This document shows positions 51,461 to 61,797 of a stretch of DNA of 64,000 bases, one piece after another. A model generated the notes under the pieces. That model did no database searches and was not told the origin of the DNA. It saw only the letters and a program-made list of their open reading frames with translations. Numbering within the stretch: position 1 is the first letter of the stretch; each line of letters opens with the position of its first letter. Source of the DNA: Chiloscyllium plagiosum (taxonomy: Eukaryota); contig NC_057718.1 of assembly GCF_004010195.1 (NCBI RefSeq), positions 37,070,337-37,134,336 of the forward strand. The letters run 5' to 3'. The position numbers and the translations under genes are program-made.

Positions 51461-54153
51461 AATCCTCCTATTAATAATATACTTGTTACAATCTCTGCAC
51501 AAAATCTGGAAATTCACATGCTAGTGGTCTCAATTTTGGTTTGCACAATTTTCTTTGATATCTATGTGTGCTGAAAGGATTGTCGTGATTAGTCAACATA
51601 CCACAATGGCTACTTGTTTGAGTGCACTTTGATGCACCACTCCTTGAGGCAGGAATCAATTACAGCCATTTTTTTCTTTACACTGAATAAATATTTGGAC
51701 ACCGTCTGTAATACTGATTCAATGCAGAGCCACACTAGAGAAGTCACATACAGTCAAGACATTTTAACACCCAGAAGCTGATGCATTTTGTGTCTTGAGA
51801 GAATGTGGAGATGTTTATTCAAGCAGTCAGAATGAAAAAAGATCCTTTGGCAGTTGAGACTGCAGAGAGCAGAGTTGTTATGACAAAACCAGGCAGACTT
51901 CATGACCTGAAGTGGTGAATCCAGTTAGCTATTTGTACCTCGGCTCAGTCAGAATTTTTGTCAAGTGGCAAATGTATTAACAGAACTTGAATCAAAGGAC
52001 ATTAGCTGGAGGACCTATAGCACTGATTTTCATCTGCATGCTAAATCCGTGACTGTGAAATAAAGTTGTTCCCACAGCCATAATCTGGAGAGGCGAATGT
52101 TGCAATTTGCAGCATATTTCCAGGCAACTATAGATGACTTTACATTGAAACCTTTTCTAAGGATACTAACCAAAAATATGATACATCAAAATACATGAAA
52201 AGTACAGGCAGGATTGTCAAAATCAGATGCAAAGTGCAGTTTTAGCACCAATTGAGGAATATTGTCATCATCGTTATGTCCATTATGTCCCAGTGGTACA
52301 TTTGAATCGCTACAAAATTATGGCTGATCTGATTACAGTCTCAAGTCTACTTTCTTATGTATTCCCTATACTCTCTGCCTCTCTTGTCAGTCAAGAATCT
52401 ATCTAATTCAGCCTTAAAATTATTCAAGGAACCTGCATCTTTTGCTCTCTGAGGAAGAGAATTCCACATCCTAATAACCTCTGAGCGGTCTTCTCTTCAA
52501 CTTCTTCAAAATTCTCCTCATCTCCAACTTGAAACAAATCCCCTTATTTTTAAATAGCATCCCCTTCTTCTAATCTCTCCCACAAGAATAAACATCCTTT
52601 TAGCATTCACCCTGTTAATCCCCTCAGGGTTTATGTGTTTCGACAAAAGTACACCTATTTTTTCTAAACTCCACTTAATACAGTACAACCTGTCCAACAT
52701 TTCCTCTTTCGATTACTCCATTATCCCAAGAATTGGTTGAGTGAACAATCTCTGCAAGTTACATTTTTCTCTTATATTTTTTAACTTACTTTATTCTTAA
52801 ATGTATTCAATTTACCAATGTAAGAATTTAGAAATTAAAATATTTCAAGAAAGGGGGCATAATGTTTTGATGTTTGCTTTTTCTCATAAGAAAGGTCATA
52901 TAAAACCCAGCTACAAATTTAATATTAGTTTCTACACTTATAGTTGTGATTTTAAGCAATACCACCATAATTTTAGGTAACTACTTACAGTAGATACCTA
53001 AGTTTAGCATAATAAACTAATATTGTATGTATTTCAAATTATTTAAAACCCATTCATAAACCTCTACAGTGAAGGAAAACATTCTGATGTGACTTTTCTC
53101 TGTGGGGACAATGCTGTTTGAGGTGAGGTTTATTAACAAGCTATCATTGCATTGATAAGGTATTGCTGAGCATTCTCATGGAAATGCTCACAATTGTTCA
53201 CCAGTGAGCAGCTTGCTATTCCATTTCTGAATGTGTTCAGAGTCAGGAATATGCGGTTAGATTTTACGCAGCCTCCAGCAGGATTGAAGGTCAAGATATT
53301 CTGTAAAATTTAGCAGGCTGCTGATCTGCTGCTTGCCCAGCCACCCATACCCTCACTGTAACTTTGGTAGGGTCAGACAGTCCAACCCAAATTATTTGAG
53401 GTCCTTATGAGCTGTTAATGTCCATTTAAGGGCCTCATTCTTCCAGCACTAGAATTTAAACTGTGCCAGGACAGACCCACATGAAATGATCACCTAATAG
53501 CTTTCCTAATGGGTCACCAAAGGTACAATTCCAGCTCAGGTTCCTCTCCTCACTCCATGACCTCTCAAAGCCCCTCACCCATCCATCACTAAGTTTGAGC
53601 GAGGACAAGATAGGGATCATGTTGATCCTTTTAAAAACAGCCTACAATGTGGGACTAGAACATATGCAAGCTCAGCAGGATTGGGGGTAGCAAACTTCCT
53701 TTCCTGAAGAGCATTAGTGAATCAGTTTTACAACAATGCTTTCATAGTTATTGTGGTTATTGTGCAAACTCACAAATGACAACACAGTAGCAGGCAGTTC
53801 ATCCCATCTGCTAGCTGTTCAGAAGAACTGTCCAATTGATTCCATTCCCTAGTTCTTTCCACGTGGTCCTGCAAATTGTTTTTCTCTTGAGGCATGTGTC
53901 AAAGTCTGATTAGAAAGATGCTACTAAGTCTACTTTTGTCAGCTTTTCAGTCACTGCATTCAAGATTTTTACAAATGACTGCATAATAATTTCTCCTCAT
54001 CTCTTATGTGGTTCTTTCACATTTTTTTTATTTTCTATGTGATCAAACTGATCGAAATGATCAGAACTTTTTTTCATTTATTTAATACTGTTGGTTACGG
54101 AGAGAATAGTTTGAGCATTGATTTGTAAAAGTGTACATGAGCAATATGAGAAG

Positions 54154-54230
54154 ATCTCTCTCTCTCTCTCTCTCCCTTATATAATATATACACACACATA
54201 AAAACACAAACATTTTATCACACACACATA
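54154..54230. repeat. (CT)n and (CA)n microsatellite cluster
   Basis: Read directly from the sequence. Confidence 0.9.
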
Positions 54231-55616
54231 CATTTTTAAAATGCTATGACATGTTGGGAGTAGTGGACCTTGAACTCAGGCTTTCTGGCCCAGAAGACTC
54301 TGGGATAGACATGATGGGCCAAACGGCCTTTTCCTGTGCTGTAGACCTCTATGACTCAAAGAAGAAATGCTACCACTGTGCCACAAGAACTTTGCCCCTT
54401 ATATTGATGTATCTATGCAGCTGTAACCATTTCAGTTTACATCAGTGTAAAATACGTAATTTGAAGTTTCAGTCATACTTAATCAAGCATTCTTACTGGA
54501 AAATAAGGAATAATTTTGAGGTTGCACAGAAGAATATTTAGTTTATTTCATCATGGGGTCACGGACGGTCACTTGTTCACTTTGAGACATTTCATTAGCA
54601 GTAAAACTTGTACTGATGTGGCTTTCAGTCAGTGTGATAACTTTTGTCCTGCTGGCTTTTTTAGTAACTGTCAATAGAAAACTCCAAGGTGCTAACTGGA
54701 AAAATGGCCTGCCCAAAGGATTTTATTAGCTGAAGCCTTATTATCTTCAATCTGATAAAGCCTAATTACTCTTATTAACCATTCTGTCTAGTTTCACACA
54801 TTATGGTGAGAAAGTTGGCGGTAATTACTGTGAAATGCCTTTACTTTTGTTATGGGTTCCCTACTTATGCAGGCAAGACAATAAGCCCCCCTTCAAGACC
54901 ATTCAATTAACTTTTTTGTATATAATGTTTCACAGGTTAGCCTCATTTGCAATTCAGCCTTGACAATGCAGAACCCTTACTGGGGTCAAGCAGGTTCAAT
55001 TGTCCTGTGGGATTACTGTGGGATTTCAAACTGTAAGGCTTCAGGATCACATGTCCAACTTTTGATGCTTCATATCAAAAAGCTTCTTGGAGTTAAAAGG
55101 AAAAATTGGTTCCAAGCAGTGAGTAGAAGAAAGGCTGCGGGCAGGGTTCACCCTGAGGGGTCCAGAGGCTTCTGCATGGTTTATTTCAAACCCATTCATC
55201 CTTAGTTACTTAAGGATTGTACTGGGGTTGTCTTTAGCAGTCAGTTCTGAAGGCTTCACGCAAACATTTGGCACATTGAAAATGCTTTTGAAATTAACTG
55301 TAAAATTGTGCTTTCTATGCATCACTCTCCAGTTTTAATCATGTTCATGATGGGCTTAGTTCTTCAAATGACAGATCATTTACTAAAGAGTGAGGTAACC
55401 ATAAATCTCCTCTTGGATGCAATCCAATAGTATAAAATTATTTTTATACATGTGACTTATGTACCCTACCCTAACCTGTGCATGATACTTAGTGTTGCTA
55501 ATTCTAAGAAAACCTTATAATATGGTGATCTGAAATTAACACTGCTAAAAAAGAAGAAATATTTTGTTTGTTGGCAGAAATGTGGAGTAATCAGATCAGC
55601 CGTGATCCTAAGAAGA

Positions 55617-55790
55617 AATCTTTTTTCAAATCCCGTGTTCAGTTGTCCATGAAGGTGCTCTCCGTGCTTGTCATCTTAAGGTTTGTACCAATGGTGGATC
55701 AGGTAGCCCAGGCGTTTACCTTTGTTCGGAGGCTATGTCATTGATAATGTTCACCTGCCTGATAATCATCTCCCAGACTTTGATCCTTAT
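55617..55790. repeat. Diverged duplicated block (partner at 61495-61672); the homology resumes at about 57845-57920 versus 61715-61797
   Basis: Shared blocks aaatcc(c/t)gtgttcagttgtccatgaaggtg and tatgtcat(t/c)gataatgtt(c/t)acctgcctgat(a/t)atcatctcccaga. Confidence 0.85.
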
Positions 55791-55891
55791 ATATAGATTG
55801 GGGGGAATAAAACTGTAATAACTCATGATGCGTGACTGAAAAGGAATATCATTTATCATTGGACATCAAAATAGAGCCACTACTCTATTGT

Positions 55892-56203
55892 GGGCGGCAC
55901 GGTGGCACAGTGGTTAGCACTGCTGCCTCACAGCACCTGAAACCCGGGTTCAATTCCCACCTCAGGCGACTGACTGTGTGGAGTTTGCACGTTCTCCCTG
56001 TGTCTGCGTGGGTTTCCTCTGGGTGCTCCGGTTTCCTCCCACAGTCCAAAGATGTGCAGGTCAGGTGAATTGGCCATGCTAAATTGCCCGTAGTGTTAGG
56101 TAAGGGGTAAATGTAGGGGCATGGGTGGGTTGAGCTTCGGCGGGTCGGTGTGGACTTGTTGGGCCGAAGGGCCTGTTTCCACGCTGTAATGTAATCTAAT
56201 CTA
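55892..56203 (+). mobile_element. HE1/V-SINE, full length
   Basis: Same head, core and tail as the other copies. Confidence 0.95.
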
Positions 56204-56590
56204 CTCAGAGAGTACATAGGCTAGTCCCAGTCTGGGATAGACTGTTATGCAAATGCATTCTTTAATCCATTTTATCTTCTTTTGTTGTATTCAAACAGAA
56301 CATTTTCTTACCCATCACTAAATCACCATGACTTTTTTCCCTTCTATGAACTACATCCAGTAAAGCAGCCATGCTACCAATTGAATAATTTACGTCTAAA
56401 GCTAATTAAGTGCAATGCAAACCATCAGAGCTGAGGGAGAGGTAAGGAGAGGGAAAAATCAAAATAGAGTTGGGAGGGACAGGTCTACTTTCAAGTTATT
56501 TCTAATCAACCTGTTCAAAGATGTTACTACACGCCTCTGGAGCAGGCAGATATAGACCTGGGCCTCCTGGTTCAGAGTTCGGAATACTAC

Positions 56591-57660
56591 CCATCTGTGC
56601 TTACTGTGGAGAAAGACATGGGAGATATAGAATGTAGGGAAATAGATGGTGACGTTTTGAAAAATGGCCATATTACTGAGGAAGTGCTGGATGTCTTGAA
56701 ATGAAAAAAGGTGGATAAATTCCCAGGACCTGATCAGATGTACCCTAGAACTCTGTGGGAAGGTAGGGAAGTGATTGCTGGGCCCCTTGCTGAGAAATTT
56801 GTATCATCGATAGTCACAGGTGAGGTGCCGGAAGACTGGAGTTTGGCTAACATGATACCACTATTTTAAAAAGGTGGTAAGGACAAGCGAGGGAACTATA
56901 GACCGGTGAGCCTGATGGTGGTGGGTAAGTTGTTGAAGGGAATCCTGAGGGACAGGATTTACACCTATTTGGAAAGGCAAGGACTGATTAAGGATAGTCA
57001 ACATGGCTTTGCGAGTGAGAAATCATGTCTCACAAACTTGATAGTTTTTTTAAAGAAGTAACAAAGAGAATTGATGAGAGCAGAGCGGTAAACGTGATCT
57101 ATATGGACTTTAGTAAGGGGTTCGACAAGGTTCCTCATGGGAGACTGGTTAGCAAGGTTAGATGTCACGAAATACAGGGAGAACTAGCCATTTGGATACA
57201 GAACTGGCTCAAAGGTGGAAGACAGAAGGTTGTGGTGGAGGAGGGTTGCTTTTCAGACTGGAGCCTGTGACAAATGGAGTGCCACAAGGATCGGTGCTGG
57301 GTCCACTACTTTTTGTCATTTATATAAATGGTTTGGATGTGAGTTTAAGAGGTATAGTTAGTAAGTTTGCAGATGATGCCAAAATTGAAGGTGTAGTGGA
57401 CAGTGAAGAAGGTTATCTCAGATTACAATGGGAACCTGATCTGATGGGGCAATGGGCTGAGTAGCAGCTGGAGTTTAATTTAAGTAAATACGAGGTGTTG
57501 CATTTTGGGAAATTAAATCAGAGCAGGACTTATACACTTAATGGCAAGGTCCTAGGGAGTGTTGCTGAACAAAAACACTTTGGACTGCAAGTTCATAGCT
57601 CCTTGAAAATAGAGTCACAGGTAGATTGGTTAGTAAAGAAGGTGTTTGATATGCTTTCCT
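56591..57660 (+). mobile_element. CR1 LINE family A internal RT fragment, truncated at both ends
   Basis: NYRPVSL, YMDFSKGFDKVPH, GVPQGSVLGP and SKFADDAK. Confidence 0.95.
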
Positions 57661-58720
57661 AAAAGAGGGTGCTCACTCTGCCTTATAAAGGGCTCAGATG
57701 ATGAATTTGTAATGGCAGGCCATTGCCTGTTACCAAGGGAACTCATACTCAATGAGCTCCAAGAGATACATTAATTAGTGATTCCCTATGGGTCTTGGAG
57801 GAGTTATCACAGTGACCATACGCATGGTTTGAAAAAAATTATAAAACACCTATTCTCTTAACTGTACAGTTTGTACTACAAAAGAATGAATAGTGTCTGT
57901 GAAATGGACCTTGTTTTCTACAGGTTTTAAAATGCCTAGGAATCATAGAAATGTTGTGCCTTCCCACAAATTTGTCAATTAAGCAGTTTGAACATATAGT
58001 TCCTCTCTTAAGGATGCCAACATTACCTTTACTTTTAAGTACAGGCCAAATGCCAAGTTGTAAAATGCACAATAAAAGAATGTACAACATACAGTATAAA
58101 GACACTGATGTTTTCTGCTCTATACTTCAATATTAAAAAATGTTATTTTTACCAGAACACATGCAAAGCTACTGTTTTATCCCCATCGTGTGGTGTTGGT
58201 CACATTCTGTTTGGCTCAGAATTAAACAGTGAATATGGAAGCCAGGGACAATTTTGAGAATCACCACAATTTTAGAAACATCTGTATAGAGGATAAGTGC
58301 AGATTGCATTATAACCCAAACCCTGAGAAGTGTAAGATAGCAATCTAAGCCAGCCCAAGGCCCTCAGGCATTGTCCCCAGCTTTTTCAAATCATCATCAT
58401 CACAATCTTTAAAAGATTCACAATATCAAAAACTATATTTTGGAGCTTATGGAAAAGAGCAATAAAATCCATTAAACGATGGGTGGATCCAATTAAACAA
58501 AGCCACATCGCGGTTGACAATTATTTGGGGAACTGAACACATGATGGCCATATGTTAATCTCAGGGCTAGTATTAATGGGACACGCAGACTTTGCCAATA
58601 CTAGCAAGAAGACATGTGACATTTTGCTTCTTGACGCCTCCTAGATTTCGAGTCATAGAATCTCTACAGTACATTTCTTCCAAAAAGAAATATGACAAAT
58701 CGAAGATTAAAACAAACAGG

Positions 58721-59081
58721 ATCATAGAATCCCTACAGTGTGGAGGCAGGCTATTTGGCCCATTGAGTCACACGATTCTTCAAAGAGCATCCCACCCCAT
58801 CACTGTAACCCTGCATCTCCCATGGCTAATGCACCAAGCCTATATATCCTTGGACACTATGGGCAATTTAGCATGGCCAATCCACCTAACCTGCACATCT
58901 TTAGGATGTGGGAAAAAACCAGAGCATCTGGAGGAAACCCATGCAGATGTGGGGAGAATATGAAAACTCCACACAGACAGTTGCCTGAGGATGGGAATTG
59001 AACCCAAGTCCATGGTGCAGTAGGGCAGCAGTGCTAACTATTGAGCCACCGTGCAGCCCCCAACCACTGAGCCACTGTGCC
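58721..59081 (-). mobile_element. HE1/V-SINE, older variant
   Basis: V core and tRNA head on the - strand, with the CR1-like tail seen as 'atcatagaatccctacagtgtgga'. Confidence 0.85.
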
Positions 59082-59761
59082 ATACCCAGTGATAGGACTC
59101 TCTAGGAATATTCATGTCTGATGAACATATTTTACAAGTGCAAAATGACTTGCCAACTAATCTCACAGAGCAAATGATCTTCATTCAGCTTAGCTCATGG
59201 GGTGAAAGATAGATGTGAGTTTGAACCCCATTTCAGAATTTTCAATGTATGACTGAGTGTCTGGTTTTTGCTGCTGTCCTAATAAGAAATTCTCTTGCAA
59301 CAAATTCCAAGGTAGAGAAAAACAGTTGATTGTTAATTCTCTTCATTGTTGTTTGTGGAATCAGACTGTTTGCACGTGACTCAGTTTGATTCTGAAGAAG
59401 GGTCGCTGTTTTCAAAATGTTAACTCTGCCTTCTCTCCACAGATGCTACCAGACCTGAGGAGTTTCTCCTGTAATTTCTGTTATGTTTCAGATTTCCAAG
59501 ATCCGCAGTTATTTGCTTTCTTCCTATGTCTGTGTTCAACTGGTGGATTTACTCACATAGCAACGATTCAAATTAACTCACTGCATATCATGTACTTGGT
59601 TAGATGTCAGGGAAGTATGAGGATGTGACATATGAAACAAACTTTTGCTTCCTCCTTTTCTGATTAATGTAAAGGTACACAGAATAATGGCTAACCAAGG
59701 CTTACATGCAATTGATTTCTTTGGCTATAATCACACCAGATAAGGTGGTAGAGTGTCAGAA

Positions 59762-59879
59762 GGGCTTATGCCCGAAACGTCGATTCTCCTGCTCCTTGGA
59801 TGCTGCCTGACCTGCTGCGCTTTTCCAGAAAAACATTTTTCAGCTCTGATCTCCAGCATCTGCAGTCCTCACTTTCTCC
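59762..59879 (+). mobile_element. Very short Neptune-type PLE 3' insertion
   Basis: Matches 39022-39139. 8-bp TSD tgtcagaa at 59754-59761 and 59880-59887. Confidence 0.88.
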
Positions 59880-60258
59880 TGTCAGAACTAGTGGGAAGAA
59901 GCAGCCCTTCCCTACTGGCTACACACAAATGCTGGGATGGAGTGAGTCCTGGCATACTCCCTGCCTTCTACTGCTGATCCTATGGATTCTGCAGACGACA
60001 AATACCATCTGATCGGCAACAGTCTCAGTTAAAACAATCCCCCATGAAAATTGGGGCAGCTGTTGTAAATCCATTTTTAGCAGGACTTCAAGTGATGAAC
60101 AGGCAGTGAGCACAGTAAGTTCTCTCCTTTGTCAAGGATGTAGAAACTAGCGCTGGTGTCAATTCGCCAGGGAAATCAAGCAACACTGCAGAATGTATAT
60201 CCATCCTTGCAAGTCCATTATTCTTGGCATGTAGTGTTCAAAAATGTTTCCTTTAATG

Positions 60259-60417
60259 CGGTGATACTGGAGTTGGACTCTGGTGAACAAAGTCAAAAAT
60301 GAAATAAAATCAGGTTATCGTTCAACAGGCTTCCTGAGGAAGGAGCTGAATTCTGAAAGCTTGCAATTTCAAATAACCTTTTGGATTATAATCTGGTGTC
60401 ATTTGATTTTTGACCTA
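60259..60417 (-). mobile_element. Palindromic PLE-derived insertion (diverged)
   Basis: Same tail and arms as 62175 in the opposite orientation. 11-bp TSD ttcctttaatg at 60248-60258 and 60418-60428. Confidence 0.8.
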
Positions 60418-60427
60418 TTCCTTTAAT

Positions 60428-60927
60428 GGTCTCCCTGCTATAGGAGGATGTTGTTGAACTTGAAGGGGTTCTGAAAAGATTGATAAGAATGTTACCAGGA
60501 TTGGAGGGTTTGAGCTATAGGAAGAGGCTGAATAAATTGGGACTATTTCCCCTGGGACTGAGGGGTGACCTTATAGAAGTTTATAAAATCATGAGGGGCA
60601 CGGATAGGGTAAATAGACAAAGTCTTTGCCCCGTGTTAAGGGAGTCATTAAGGGGCATGGATTTAAGTTAAGAGAGGAAAGATTTAAAAGAGATCTAAGT
60701 GGCAACCTTTTCATGCAGAGAGTAGCGTGTGAATGGAATGAGTTGCCAGAGGAAGTGGTGGACGCTGGTGCAATTAAACATTGAAGATGGGTATATGAAT
60801 AGGAAGGGTTTGGAGGGATATGGGCCAAATACTGGCAAATGGGACTAGATTAGGCTAGGATATCTGGTCGGCATGAATGAGTTGGATCAAAAGGTCTATT
60901 TCCATGCTGTACATCTCTATGACTCTA
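60428..60927 (+). mobile_element. CR1 LINE family A 3' fragment
   Basis: RMLPGLEGLSY..LRGDLIEVYKIM and WNELPEEVV, with a tail 'catctctatgactcta'. Confidence 0.93.
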
Positions 60928-61494
60928 ATGAGCTATGGAAATAATTTGATTCTCTTAGGTTGCTGTGCTCCTAACTGTGTTGCAAATAGTTTTTTATCTA
61001 GCTTTTTGTAAAAGGAATCCATTCCAAACACTGTCTAACTGATGTATCAACTTGGGACAAACATTGTGTATATTTATACACAAGAATTAATCTACCATAC
61101 TATTCTTCCATTGTTACAGAAGAAGACAATCCCAGTGCCTAAAGTGACAACAACAATGCTCATTAACTTTTATATAGAAAAATGTCTCGAGACATTAGAG
61201 AAACCCAAGCAGATGAAAATGGGTAGCAAATCAAAGAAGGTGTTAAAAGGCATGATTGTTAGGCTGGAGGAAGAGTTGGGTTTTAAGGAGGGTCATTAAG
61301 AGGCAGAAGTTTAGAAAGGGAGCTTCAGAGCTCTGAGTCCATTGTATTGCCACCAGTGATGAAGCGAGTTAGTGGGAAAGGTTGACTAAATCTGTGCCTA
61401 AATACATTTAAGAAAAATGGCTCTTTTTATCCCAATGGGTACAGATGAGTACTGAGTTTCAGGAATTCCACAGTGAAATGAAAGATTTTATTTA

Positions 61495-61797
61495 AAATCC
61501 TGTGTTCAGTTGTCCATGAAGGTGGTCTATGTGTTTGCCTTCTTGTAGAAGGACCAATACTGGCTTGTACCAGTCAGGGACCACCCAGCCTAGGGGTTTA
61601 ACATTGTTTTGAGGGTATGTCATCGATAATGTTTACCTGCCTGATTATCATCTCCCAGATTTTTACTCCTTTTATCTGAATTGGTTACTCTGTGCATATC
61701 TTTAAGAAATGTATCAACATCACTCTCTTGACTGAACAGTTTGCACTACAAATGAATGAAAACACAGTTAGTGTCTGTGAAAGGAACCTCATTTTCA
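61495..61797. repeat. Diverged duplicated block, copy 2
   Basis: See 55617-55790. Confidence 0.85.

Noticed and set aside
53057..53121. Peptide NLYSEGKHSDVTFLCG resembling the start of a BTB domain
   Set aside because: An in-frame TGA follows within a few codons and no downstream BTB motif appears in any frame. Likely chance.
55639..55744. Signal-peptide-like ORF MKVLSVLVIL
   Set aside because: The paralogous copy at 61.5 kb has a stop after 10 codons, and there is no supporting gene structure.
59263..59300. RSS-nonamer-like ggtttttgc suggesting an Ig/TCR locus
   Set aside because: No heptamer at 12 or 23 bp spacing, and no V, J or C exons seen in the window.
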